From the NCBI RefSeq assembly GCF_035084215.1, contig NC_090353.1:14942001-15006000 (forward strand): 64,000 nt of DNA, given 5' to 3'. Positions 1-12,017 of this stretch are shown here, piece after piece. Positions within the stretch are counted from its first letter, which is position 1. Each line of letters starts with the position of its first letter. This DNA comes from Heptranchias perlo (Eukaryota). Made by a program: the position numbers and the translations under genes. The notes below the pieces were generated by a model. It ran no database searches, was not told where the DNA came from, and was given only the letters and a program-made list of their open reading frames with translations.

Positions 1-1854
1 ATCAGTCAGAGCCTGTGGAACCGTACCCCAGGATCAGTCAGACTCTGTGGAACTGTACCCCAGGATCAGTCAGAGCCTGTGGAACCGTACCCCAGGATCA
101 GTCAGACTCTGTGGAACTGTACCCCAGGATCAGTCAGAGCCTGTGGAACTGTAACCCAAGATCGGTCAGAGTCTGTGGAACCGTACACCAGGATCAGTCA
201 GACTCTGTGGAACTGTACCCCAGGATCAGTCAGAGCCTGTGGAACCGTACCCCAGGATCAGTCAGACTCTGTGGAACTGTACCCCAGGATCAGTCAGAGC
301 CTGTGGAACCGTACCCCAGGATCAGTCAGACTCTGTGGAACTGTACCCCAGGATCAGTCAGAGCCTGTGGAACCGTACTCCAGGATCAGTCAGACTCAGT
401 GGAACTGTACCCCAGGATCAGTCAGAGACTGTGGAACCGTACCCCAGGATCAGTCAGACTCTGTGGAACCGTACTCCAGGATCAGTCAGAGTCTGTGGAA
501 CCGTACTCCAGGATCAGTCAGACTCTGTGGAACCGTACTCCAGGATCAGTCAGAGTCTGTGGAACCGTACCGCAGGATCAGTCAGAGTCTGTGGAACTGT
601 ACCCCAGGATCGGTCAGAGTCTGTGGAACCGTACTCCAGGATCAGTCAGACTCTGTGGAACTATACCCCAGGATCAGTCAGAGTCTGTGGAACCGTACCC
701 CAGGATCAGTCAGAGTCTGTGGAACTGTACCCCAGGATCAGTCAGAGTCTGTGGAACCGTACCCCAGGATCAGTCAGAGTCTGTGGAACCGTACCCCAGG
801 ATCAGTCAGCGTCTGTGGATCCATACCCCAGGATCAGTCAGAGTCTGTGGAACCGTACCCCAGGATCAGTCAGAGCCTGTGGAACTGTACCCCAGGATCA
901 GTCAGACTCTGTGGAACTGTACCCCAGGATCAGTCAGAGCCTGTGGAACTGTACCCCAGGATCAGTCAGAGCCTGTGGAACTGTACCCCAGGATCAGTCA
1001 GACTCTGTGGAACTGTACCCCAAGATCAGTCAGAGCCTGTGAAACTGTACTCCAGGATCAGTCAGAGTCTGTGGAACCGTACCCCAGGATCAGTCAGACT
1101 CTGTGGAACCGTACCCCAGGATCAGTCAGACTCTGTGGAACTGTACCCCAAGATCGGTCAGAGTCTGTGGAACCATACCCCAGGATCAGTCAGACTCTGT
1201 GGAACCGTACTCCAGGATCAGTCAGAGCCTGTGAAACCGTACTCCAGGATCAGTCAGAGTCTGTGGAACCGTACCCCAGGATCAGTCAGAGCCTGTGGAA
1301 CCGTACCCCAGGATCGGTCAGAGCCTGTGGAACCGTACCCCAGGATCGGTCAGAGCCTGTGGAACCGTACCCCAGGATCAGTCAGACTCTGTGGAACCGT
1401 ACCCCAGGATCAGTCAGCGTCTGTGGAACTGTACCCCAGGATCGGTCAGAGCCTGTGGAACCGTACCCCAGGATCGGTCAGAGTCTGTGGAACCGTACCC
1501 CAGGATCAGTCAGACTCTGTGGAACCGTACCCCAGGATCGGTCAGAGCCTGTGGAACCGTACCCCAGGATCGGTCAGAGTCTGTGGAACCGTACCCCAGG
1601 ATCGGTCAGAGTCTGTGGAACCGTACCCCAGGATCGGTCAGAGTCTGTGGAACTATACCCCAGGATCAGTCAGACTCTGTGGAACCGTACCCCAGGATCA
1701 GTCAGACTCTGTGGAACTGTACCCCAGGATCAGTCAGAGCCTGTGGAACCGTACCCCAGGATCAGTCAGACTCTGTGGAACTGTACCCCAGGATCAGTCA
1801 GAGCCTGTGGAACCGTACCCCAGGATCAGTCAGAGTCTGTGGAACCGTACACCA
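1..1854. repeat. 32-bp minisatellite, ~58 copies in window, truncated by window start; unit GGATCAGTCAGA(GC/GT/CT)CTGTGGAAC(C/T)GTACCCCA
   Basis: Directly visible tandem array with strict 32-nt period; the unit lacks + strand stops, giving periodic ORFs in all three frames. Confidence 0.98.
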
Positions 1855-1902
1855 ATTGTTTCTGTATAGAGTTTGAACCACTTGTGCCTGTACAGTGTTT
1901 GA

Positions 1903-1918
1903 CTGCCACCTGTTGACA
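1903..1918 (-). promoter_or_regulatory. Candidate CTCF site
   Basis: Minus strand TGTCAACAGGTGGCAG resembles the CTCF core CCASYAGRKGGCRS; motif match only. Confidence 0.3.
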
Positions 1919-2135
1919 TCTGTGAAAAATGCAGCAGGCCATTTCTTTGACTTGACAAGTATCTTTGTAACAAGGACATAATATATTAGCTGGACTGTAA
2001 CATATATTTGCTCTGCTCACATATTTTGAGACAGCTACTGCACAACAGTACGACCAATACAGGGCCTCATTCATGACTGAAGAAAAGGACTCCTTGTATT
2101 TTGCTCTCGTGCCAGTTTCCTTCCCTCCTCTCCTG

Positions 2136-2445
2136 AAGAACATAAGAAATAGGAGCAGGAGTAGGCCATACGGCCCCTCGAGCCTGCTCCGCCATTCAAT
2201 AAGATCATGGCTGATCTTCTACCTCAACTCCACTTTCCCGCCTTCTGGGGTAGAGAAGGGCCATATCCCTTGATTCCCCTGGAGCCCAAAAATCTATCTA
2301 TCTCAGCCTTGAATATATTCAATGCCTAAGCATCCACAGCCCTCTGGGGTAGAGAATTCCAAAGATTCACAAACCTCCGCGTGAAGAAATTCTTCCTCAT
2401 CTCAGTCTTAAATGGCCGAGCCCTTATCCTGAAACTATGGCCCCT
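2136..2445 (-). mobile_element. CR1-clade LINE 3' fragment
   Basis: ORF 2326..2583(-) ends RGHSFRIRARPFKTEMRKNFFTRRFVNLWNSLPQRAV (CR1 ORF2 C-terminus); 3' UTR ends in a ttcttatgttc tail. Confidence 0.9.
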
Positions 2446-2725
2446 AAGATGCTGACTCATGCTGGGACGTTTTTCCAGGAATGCAGGCTGTGCGGCGCAT
2501 CTCACTGAAATTCCCATTGTGCCTGCAAGCCAAGAATGTTGAATCATGGGGTGATCGGAGTGAAGTCTGATCCTATTGTCCACTTTCCAGCAGGGATCAC
2601 TAGATTGTGATCAGGAGCAGTAGTGTTGGGTAGTTATAATCCCTGTGCTGCCTTGGTTGAGATTGGCTAACTCAGCACTGACCAGAGGTGCAATCATGCA
2701 GTTTCCTAGTCTGTATGGCTCAGTA
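2440..2725 (-). mobile_element. SINE-X copy (unnamed tRNA-headed SINE)
   Basis: Shares blocks gctgactcatgctggg, cactttccagcaggg and gctaactcagcac with other copies in the window. Confidence 0.6.
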
Positions 2726-2734
2726 CTTCCCCGA

Positions 2735-4510
2735 GATAACAACCTGCATTTATATAGTGCCTTTAACATAGAAAACATCCTTGGGCTCTTCACAGAAGAC
2801 AAACGGATGCTGAGCAGCAATAAAAGAGTTAGGATAAATGACCAGGAGCATGGTCGAATAGGTTGGTTTTGAGGATGCTTTTGAAGTGGAGAGAGATGTA
2901 GCAGTGCAGTAGGTTTAAGCGAGAGTTTCAAAGAGTTAGGATGATGGCTGATGCCTCTGCCAGCGATGGTGCAGTGTAAGGAGGTGGGGTTCCTCAGGAG
3001 GATAAAACAGTAAGACCAAAGAGCACAGGCTGGGACAAGGGGATGAAGGATTTGAAGAGGGAATATGGTGAGTGATTTGTGCATGACGTCAAGGATTTTA
3101 AATTAATCACACCTGGAAACAGGGAGCTAATGGAAATCTATGAGGATGGGAGTAATGGGCAAGTGAGACTCAATGCAGGTCCAGACGCAGAGTTGGAGTT
3201 TGGTGAAGCTCGAGAGGCTGATGAGGATGCAACTGGTGAAGTCAAGTCTGGAGGTAACAAAAGTGTAGATAACAGTTTCAGCAGCAGTGAGGGTGAGATA
3301 AGGGCAGAGGCAGCCAACATTGCAATGGTAAGAGTATGCAGTGTTAATGATGGATGGGTTGTAGGGTTTGAGACATAGCTCAGGATTAAACAGGACACTG
3401 GGGTTTTGCAGCACCTGAGCAAACAGCTGGGATGGAGCATAGCAATGGGGGCATCGGAATTGAGTTTTTGCTGGAAGCTGAATAAGATAGCTACAGTCAT
3501 CGCTATGTTCAAATGGAGAACATTCACAACTTGACGTCAGACAGGGAACACAGAGATGGCTGTGAAATTGAGGGAAGTGGTGGAGAGGTAGTGTTGGGTG
3601 TCATCAGCATATGGTGAAGCGGACGGAAACTGACCAATTTTCAATACACAGGCATGAGCATAGGTATAAGGTCGTTAAGGAACAAGTAAATGAGGGAAAG
3701 GAGACCAAAGATGGCTGTGTGGGGTGGGAAGAGAAGCCGTTGCTGGATTTATGCTGGCTAAGTTGGGACAAGTGGGAGAGGAACCGCGTGAGGGTGGTCC
3801 TGTGGAATTGAACCATGAACAAGAGGCAATAGGGGAGGATCGGATGTGTCAAATGCCTTAGAGAGGTCAAGCAGGACAAGGAACAATAACACACCATGAT
3901 CGCAATCACATAGGATGTCATTGGTGATCTTGAGCAGCATAGTCGGTGAGCTGTGGGCAGGACAGACGCTGGACTAAAGATATTCAAACCGAATTGTGAG
4001 AGAAGTTGGGTACAATGACCTTAGAGAGGAAAACGAGGTTAGAGATGGGCCTGTAGTTAGAGAGAAGAGAGGGGTCAAGGATGGGGCTTTTTGAGGAGAG
4101 GACAGTTTTGATGGGGAGGAGAACAATGGCTGTGCAAAGGCAGCTATTAGCGATGTCAGCAAACACTGGGGCAAGGAATCTTACAACACCAGATTATAGT
4201 CCAACAGTTTTATTTGAAAACTAAAACTGTTGGACTATAACCTGGTGTTGTAAGATTCCTTACATTTGTCCACCCCAGTCCATCACCGGCATCTCCACAT
4301 CTTGGGGCAAGGAAAGATAGTTAAATGATCAGGAGTTGGGTGGGTAGGGGATCGAGAGAGCAGAAGCTGGGCCCACAAAAGAGATGAGACTAAAGAAGGT
4401 AACATGGGAGATGGGGGAGAAGTAAGAGAACAGAAGGAGTGAGGGAGGGGATGAGCACGTCAAGGATGAAGAAGGAGGAGGCAGCAGCTGAGGCAGCCAT
4501 GCAGATCGCA
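2735..4510 (-). mobile_element. Decayed L2-clade LINE (RT region and 3' end), interrupted by a PLE insertion
   Basis: Minus-strand peptides LSNYRPISNLVFLSKVI and LLKITNDILCDCDHGVLLFLVLLDLSKAFDT; 3' tail aaggcactatataaatgcagg shared with DeuSINE tails. Confidence 0.85.
4179..4302 (+). mobile_element. Penelope-like 3'-end mini insertion with fold-back (subfamily B); no hammerhead core
   Basis: TSD tggggcaaggaa at 4167-4178 and 4303-4314; inverted arms 4173-4212/4222-4261; ends in catcaccggcatctccacatc like the GIY-YIG copy at 11.3-12.1 kb. Confidence 0.88.
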
Positions 4511-5149
4511 AAAGAAACAAGTTTTTCCAGTGAGAGTTAATTGTTCTAAGTTCCTCTTGTGTGGCATTTTCATGGCGAGTTCAAACAGGAATAAGTAAAT
4601 TGGTGAAAGACGTCAGGCTTGAAATCCACAGCATTGCTTTTGTTCTGTGTCAGCCTGTTCTTGGTATGAAACCTTCACCAGGATTTTGCTGAACGACAGC
4701 TGGTCGGTTTAAAAATAACAAGCTTACTTCAAATGTCATCTGCTTTTACAAAAGATGTTTGCAAAGCATGGCCTTTTGAAAATAAACCCCGTAAGATGCA
4801 GCCAGAAGTCAGGTATGGCAAGATGAGAAAGAGGTCAGATTATCATTATATGGAATGGAATTATGGTTTGAAACAGAAGCTGCTTGTCCTGAGTAGGGTT
4901 TGATCTCTTCACTGTTGATTTACAGCTTGTGTTACTCAATTATATTTTGTTCAGTGCCACAATGTATTTGTGCCTTGTTCAAAGTCTGCCCTCAGGAATG
5001 GTGCACTCCAGATTGATTGGATGCAGGGCCTCGCCTGGAAGGATTTATGAACAGGACACGATTTTTGAAATCAATGCACTGTGGAACCTACCCACCTTCC
5101 TCAATCCCGTCTCTCTCCAGAAAATGAGCTGGTGGGGGGGTGGTGGGGT

Positions 5150-6315
5150 GGGGGGAGCGGATTATCAACTGTCTCTAACCTGAAAAACAGGCGAGCAACA
5201 GAGGAAAATCTGCTTGGCACCTTGCACTCCCATTTACCCGCCTGATTCAATTTTCAGACTGGCCTTTAAATGGGTGCTTGACCCTCCCGCCCAAAACAGG
5301 CGACAGGCTGTTTAACTATGTAAATCAGGATCCTAAGCCTGATTAGAAACATAGAAACATAGAAAATAGGAGCAGGAGTAGGCCATTCGGCCCTTCGAGC
5401 CTGCTCCGCCATTCAATATGATCATGGCTGATCCTCTATCTCAATACCAAATTCCCGCTCTCTCCCCATACCCCTTGATGCCTTCTGTGTTTAGAAATCT
5501 ATCTAGCTCCTTCTTAAATATATTCAGTGACTTGGCCTCCACAGCCTTCTGTGGTAGAGAATTCCACAGGTTCACCACCCTCTGAGTGAAGAAATTTCTC
5601 CTCATCTCAGTCCTAAATGTCCTGCCCCGTATCCTGAGACTGTGACCCCTCGTTCTGGATCCGCCCAGCCAGGGGAAACATCCTCCCTGCATCCAGTCTG
5701 TCTAGCCCTGTCAGAATTTTATATGTTTCAATGAGTTCCCCTCTCATTCTTCTAAACTCGAGTGAATACAGGCCGAGTCAACCCAATCTCTCCTCATACG
5801 ACAGTCCTGCCATCCCAGGAATCAGTCTGGTGAACCTTCGCTGCACTCCCTCTATGGCAAGTATATCCTTTCTTAGGATTGCAATTTTAATGTATAAATG
5901 GGTGGAGCATGCACCGTGCATTCTAGTCCCAGTTGTACTCGACGTTGAGCAGTCTAACCAGCAGTCCTTACAGGATCCTTGTAGGATTTTTTTTAAATAT
6001 TTGCATCAGGCCAGAAGGAGTATTCATGCTCCTCCAGGACCCTCATAAACCTTCCAGCCCACTGCCAGCCTGTTCTCTTCGCCACCACCACCACCGGCTC
6101 TACCTGCCAGCCAGCTCTGTGCAGAAACTGGGCAACCTTCTACTGACCCAATCCAGCGAGCAGCAACTGAGCGCCTAATTGGAGCCCACAGTTCACCAGT
6201 AAAATTCAAATGGGGCCTCCATCTTGAAAATGGTTCCGGCCTCCCGACTGTGGCCTTGAGCGAGTACACACCGACTTCATGCCTGTTTTGGGCCGCAGTA
6301 GAAAATGCCCCCCCT
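5150..6315. mobile_element. Probable non-autonomous DNA transposon (Harbinger-like ends), split by a CR1 insertion
   Basis: GC/CpG-richer segment; ends gggagcggattatcaac and gtagaaaatgcccccc form a degenerate inverted repeat. Confidence 0.4.
5345..5878 (-). mobile_element. CR1-clade LINE 3' fragment
   Basis: SRTRGHSLRIRGRTFRTEMRRNFFTQRVVNLWNSLPQKAVEA; (agaaacat)n tail on + strand. Confidence 0.93.
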
Positions 6316-7099
6316 CCCCTGTTGGCTATACTGTTCTTCCCTGGTGACTTATTCCAAACCCTAGTCCCCTTTGGGTGAAAGAGGTCTACCTGACATCCCT
6401 TCTCACTCCTCATTTTTGACTCTACCCCTGGTACCTGAATTCTTCAAGCGACAAACAACTTGTTGCTCGTGTTTCCCCTCTTCCAATTGGCTTTCTTGTG
6501 ATTGCCTTCATAAAAAATGAAAACAATTTGCTTAAGTCCAAGTTTAATGATTGGGGCTCGGGAATAGTCAGTGAGCCTGTAATGAGTCTGAAAAGCTGGC
6601 GATTAATTGGGATACAAGCCTCTCCCTCACAGAGCAATCAATCACAACAGCTGCAAACATGAGCTTATTACCACTGCCCAGTCACTAGGTTTATCTCCTT
6701 CAGGTGCTGCATCATCAGTCAAACCGGCCAATCAATTTCATAATTTGTGTAGGTCACCCTTCATTTAACTTATGAATCATCTCTCTGAATAGGAGTAGGT
6801 GTGTAATACCAGAATCCTTTTCACAGCAAAAGAGGAAGAAGGTCTATTTCTCTCTATAATTAATGATCTGCTAATGTCGACCACACATTCAATGGTGATG
6901 GATGCGAAAATTGTACCTGATCCTGTCCTCACTTGTGAGTTTATCAGCAACATAAGGGGTTTATTGTTCATCACAATCACGCCACCTTCCACATTACTTC
7001 ATGCATGAGGTCGTGTTTTGGTTCATAGGAAGTTTGGTGTTGTCCATGGAAATCTTGGGCACGGGATAAAGTATCCGGAGAGTGCCCGAATTGTGACGT

Positions 7100-7300
7100 C
7101 CCCGTTTGCTACTCACATGCACTTTCCGCCAGGTGTCAGTGGTCAGGAGTCAGAACGCTGGCTGATTTTTTGCTGATCCGGGCCCAGGGGCACTGAGGCC
7201 AATTGTAGGACCCCGACCACAGGCCTATCTGAGATCTGCTGACTTGACACAGATTGGGAATCAAACCTGTGTCCTGCCGAGTCTCTGGTGTATTTGCCCA
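7100..7300 (-). mobile_element. SINE-X copy
   Basis: ggggcactgaggccaattgtag, gagatctgctgacttgacacaga and B-box-like gggaatcaaacc. Confidence 0.6.
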
Positions 7301-7479
7301 TGGTGGTAGAGGTGGTGAAATTCCTCCCATCAATAATGTTAGTGAAACTGAGAAATCTCTTTCTTGACTCATGAATTTCTCAGTAACGTCATTGACAGAA
7401 AAAATTTCAATTCCACCCCCCTCTCCCCCACTCAATTTTCGGCTGAAATCGGTGGAACTTCAGTCGTGGTTTATAAGCC

Positions 7480-7665
7480 TGACGGCTTGACTCAACACCG
7501 CGGTAGTGCTGTTGTTTCTGAAGACTGTGGGTTATGGACCCCACCGCAGGACTTCAGTTCATAATCTAGACAGACACTCTGATGCAGTAACTGAGGGAGT
7601 GCTGCATTGTCGGAGGTACTGTCCTTTGGATGAGATGTTAAACCTACGACAGATCAAAGATCCAT
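7480..7665 (+). mobile_element. DeuSINE (SacSINE1-like) 5' fragment
   Basis: ctgagggagtgctgcattgtcggaggtactgtcctttggatgagatgttaaacc (Deu domain). Confidence 0.7.
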
Positions 7666-8009
7666 CTTGTTTCATTTCATAAGTGCACCCTGTTGGGTAG
7701 AATTAGTACTCCTGCCACAGGAGTGCGTTTGGGGACTTTAGACATCGAATTCCGTGCACCCCACATTCTTCTCCAGAAGCGCTAAAATCTATGCCCAGAT
7801 TCCCCATGTACACTCGTGTCACGCAAAGCCCTGCACCAGGAGTGCTTATTTGTAAAATCTACCTGTACATTTTTGATATCTTTTGTCTGTAACCACTTTT
7901 ACATGAATACTGCACTGACTGAGCACAGTTCTGGTCAGTTAGAATACACAGTTCTGAGGTAGACCATGACAAGCTATTTCACCTTGTCCAGTACAGTAGA
8001 ACCAGAAGA

Positions 8010-8410
8010 CGTAGCCTGCGGTTGAAGGGGATAAATAGAAGACTAATCTGCGGAAACAATATTTCAGTGAGCAGGTGGTCAATCTATGGATTGATTAGTA
8101 TGTGCAAATTAGACAGATTTATTTTAGAAAATAACATTTTGGGATATTGTATATGAGTAATTCGAGCCATGACGTGTGGTAAGTGTAGATGCTTAGGAGG
8201 AAAAAGGTGACTTTGGACCTTTGGTTCCCAAAGCTCTCCACCACTGGGGTTTTCCCCGTGTCATTTCTGGGTCTGTTGTAGACTAATTGATAGAGATCGA
8301 TTGCTATGATTAGTCAACGACTCCATTATCATTGTATCATGCAGCTACCAGGATGGTAGAAAGCGAACTAGATGGACCTTGGTCTTTTCTCGTCTATCAA
8401 TTCCCATGTT
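8010..8410 (+). mobile_element. Old CR1-like 3' fragment
   Basis: caggtggtcaatctatgga (VVNLW motif) followed by a UTR ending gatggaccttggtcttttctcg...catgttcc. Confidence 0.5.
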
Positions 8411-9794
8411 CCTGGTTCATAGTTTTGTGAACAGCGTATCATTGAGTCACTTTTCTTTCCTGTTTCATCAATTTCAATGTGAGGAAATATGTAGAAAGGG
8501 CCCAGACTGATAGAATGGACGTTTTATCACCGATAGTTCAGCAAATGAAAGAATACATAACGTTCGCCCAGGTGATAAAAATAATGAATGTGGATCATCA
8601 GGGCTCTGCTCTCTCCAGATTTACAGTCTATTTCATGTACCATTTTACCAATCTTCAAAGGGCCACCAGCTGTGATAGATGTCTCAACAGATGTGGAGTG
8701 GCTTTGATGATCAGACGTAGGTAAATGGAAGGCTGGAAACAGGCTTCAGAGGGCACTGCCCTATTAATGAATTGCTCTGTAGCCAGAAGCTGCCCATTCA
8801 GGATGTAAGTAAGGCATGTTTTTCCCAGTTCCTTTCTCGTTGTACTGCCACTTGAGCAGAGGCACTGAGTACACCGGGAATTTTTCTTTCTCACATAAGC
8901 CACTGAAGACACAAGTTGTTGAAAGTACTGAACAGAACTGCCAAGGGGTTCCTGACTTATTGTTTTGTGAGAGGCAGTCAGATTATATGAGGTACTGTAA
9001 TCTAGTGATAGCCACTACTTTCTGGTGTTTCTGCTTCATTTAATTTCCTAATAAGCCTATTCACAGTTTATAGCCTGAGATATTAGAATGTTATTTGTCC
9101 ACCTATTGAAAACAATTACAGAGTGTGCACTTGGCTGGTACTATAATCCAATGATTATACCAGTAATACAAGAAATTGACTGTTCACCCCAGGCACACCA
9201 CCTCCCAGATTACTCTGTGGATAAGGTCCTGATTCAGTTCATTGGAAGCGGGAGGTTGCCTGAGGAAATGGTCCTGTGCACTGGGTACGAGATAAAGTAT
9301 CAGGAGAGCACTCGGGTTCTAACTGTCCCGTCTTCCTGTTCAGGTGGATATTAGGGATTTCATTGCACTATTCAAGGGAGTTCTCCATTACTAGACTTTC
9401 CCTACGTAATCAACATCACTACACTCCAACAAATAAGTCTTTGTGTGAAGCATTGTTTCAGTGGCCCAATAAGGTGCTAAGTAAATGTAAGTGTTTTTTC
9501 TGTCACACAGATTTCCACAGGTTGTTCCAGTTAAGCTGATAAACCTTTTTATAATGGGCTCCTGCCCAACAGCAGCCCCCAGCCCACAGCACAGTGTAAT
9601 GAATGAGGTAAGTTAGATTCCACAGCCCAAATGACAATCCTGCATCAGCACAAAACTCAGATATGGTTACCATGGGCTCTGTGAGGTTTGCCTTTTTATC
9701 CTTCCGCGGTATGTGGAACCATACAGCCCAGGATGGACCCAGGATCAGTCACCATTCTGGGTTCAGTTAGCTGCTCTCAGCTATGGCTCTGATA

Positions 9795-10230
9795 GAAAGA
9801 AAGAACTTGCATTTATATAGCGCCTTTCACAACCTCAGGATGTCCCGAAGTGCTTTACAGCCAATAAAATGTAGTCACTGTTGTAATGTAGGAAACATGG
9901 CAGCCAATTTGCACACAGCAAGGTCCCACAAACAGCAATGTGATAATGACAAGATAATTGGTTTTAGTGATGTTGGTTGAAGGGTATATGTTGGCCAGGG
10001 AGAATTCCCCTGTTCGTCTTTGCATAGTGCTATGGGATCTTTTACAGCCACCTGTGGGGGGTAGATAGAGTCTTGTTTTAACATCTTATCCAAACCTCCA
10101 ACAATGTAGCACTCCCTCAGTACTATACTGGATTATCAGCCTGGATTTTGTGTACTGTGTGTGGGACTTGAACCCACAACCTTCATGACTCCAAGGTGAG
10201 AGTGCTACCAACTGAGCCAAGGCTGACACC
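9795..10230 (-). mobile_element. DeuSINE (SacSINE1-like), near full length, inserted in a SINE-X copy (9710-10480)
   Basis: Tail aagaacttgcatttatatagcgcc through to tRNA-head complement gggacttgaacccac...ctaccaactgagccaaggctgacac. Confidence 0.88.
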
Positions 10231-10927
10231 TTTGGGGGGGGGGGGTGGGGGCTATGGTTGACATCATTGTCCCTGGGTTAGAGAGGGGGCAATTCAGCCT
10301 GCTGCTGATCACTGGATGTGTGGGTGTCAGGTAAGGGCAGGACCAGGTTTGGTTGTGATCCCCATGTTCAAATAGCCTGCTGACACTCACTGTCAAAGCT
10401 CACACATGAAGAAGGTCAGGTACCTGCAGTCGCCCAGCACTAATTAAATCGAATCCCAGCAGGAGAAGAAAGGAGGAAATTAAAAGATAACTCAAAGCTA
10501 TTCATCTATATCTGTAGTAAGGTGCTGCCAGAACTCTGAGAGTATTATTTGTCCTGCAGTGACACTGTGCTTCCCAATCCACTAAATACGAAAACCAGCT
10601 GCTAGACTTAGGCTTGGGTTAGAATCAGATTACTCCACACATTTATAACCTTGAATCAAACCATATAAACCCCAAAATTGTGAGACTCCACTCCCAGCAC
10701 AGAGCTTCGACTGGAGCACAGACCACAGAATCAGGCAGAGGGCAGCACAGCCGATTCCTGGCATAATGGCCAGAAACCTGGGACAGCTGTGAATTGGGGA
10801 CACCGACCTCTGCACCCGATTTTCTAATTTGTCCTCCCGTTGAGCGAGACTCCACGTTGGGAGCAGGGTAAATTTGAAGTCAGTCCAGTGCAATGGAAAG
10901 CTGAGCTAGGTCACTTCTTGGAGTAGG

Positions 10928-10959
10928 GTGCCACCTGGTGGTCATAAGGCCACACTGCT
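10928..10959 (-). promoter_or_regulatory. Candidate CTCF site with upstream motif
   Basis: Minus strand AGCAGTGTGGCCTTA-TGACCACCAGGTGGCAC; core matches the CTCF consensus closely. Confidence 0.5.
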
Positions 10960-11009
10960 TGAATGGTTTACTTGCGGCAGTGAATTGCTCTTCATTTACT
11001 TTTCTTTCT

Positions 11010-11340
11010 CTCCAATATTATTCCCTCCTCTCCAGACAGTGGGACACAGTTTCACAGCCACTGGCTGCTCATTAGTAGTACACTTAAGCAGCACACTTTA
11101 CATATGAGCCCGGACAACTAGTTATTCAATTGTGAGGAGGGGACACTATAGCTAGCTAAGCCTAATCTTGTCCTCTCATGATGTCTACAAAGGTGCGCTT
11201 TCCAACTCGATGAGAATCAGGATAACAAGAGCCCTGGATCATTTTTCCTGCCCTAAACTCGGAGGTGAGCGACCTGAAATCAGCTAGCTCAGCACAGACT
11301 GAGACGTTCTGAAGCTGTATGGTCTCGTACCACACTGTAC
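11010..11340 (-). mobile_element. SINE-X copy whose head is interrupted by a PLE
   Basis: aatcagctagctcagcacagac...cacactgtac, resuming as tttaccaa at ~12107. Confidence 0.6.
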
Positions 11341-11358
11341 GATGACACCACCCACCAG

Positions 11359-11733
11359 GTGCATGGTTCATACTCCTGTGACTCGGCCAACGTTGTCTAC
11401 CTCATACGTTGCAGGAAAGGATGCCCCAGAGCATGGTACATTGGCGAGACCATGCAGACGCTGCGACAACGGATGAACGGACACCGCGCAACAATCGCCA
11501 AACAGGAGGGTTCCCTCCCAGTCGGGGAACACTTCAGCAGTCATGGACATTCATCCACCGACCTTCGGGTAAGCGTACTCCAAGGCGGCCTTCGAGACAC
11601 ACGACAACGCAAAATCGTCGAGCAGAAATTGATAGCCAAGTTCCGCACCCATGAGGACGGCCTCAACCGGGATCTTGGGTTCATGTCACGCTACACGTTA
11701 CCCCACCAGCGAACAAATGTTATCTGTTTTTAA
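11359..11733 (+). pseudogene. PLE GIY-YIG endonuclease domain, open but lacking the upstream RT
   Basis: VVY...YIGET, catalytic R, E and GLN motifs; no RT upstream. Confidence 0.9.
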
Positions 11734-11976
11734 TATAATGGGTCATTTGCTGGCTCTCTCTGCCTTCCGGATGTTTCTGCCTCTCTCTGTTTTTTTTCTC
11801 TGTTTTTTTTCCCTGTTTGTTTTTTTGTTGAATGTGTATTCAGGGGTTCTGCAGGTGACACCTCTCTGTCTGAACACGGTGATTGCCTTGGCAACGGGCA
11901 GTTGCAGGGGCAGTCTGTAAACACCATGTATTGTTCTATATGTATAAATGCGTAGGCTTCAAGGAGCTCCTGAAAC

Positions 11977-12017
11977 ATTTACCTGAGGAAGGAGGAAGTC
12001 TCCGAAAGCTTGTGAAT
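11977..12017 (+). ncRNA. Minimal type-I hammerhead ribozyme motif
   Basis: AUUUAC-CUGAGGA-A-GGAGG(AAG)UCUCC-GAAA-GCUU-GUGAAU: stem I, core, stem II, palindromic stem III. Confidence 0.8.

Noticed and set aside
1-1854. CRISPR array (repeat of ~32 nt)
   Set aside because: Units are contiguous with no unique spacers, there are no cas genes, and the context is vertebrate.
15-1916. 633-aa, 596-aa, 267-aa and 193-aa ORFs as a repetitive protein
   Set aside because: All three frames give the same 32-aa periodic peptide because a stop-free 32-nt unit is repeated; starts are GTG, and there are no splice or domain signals.
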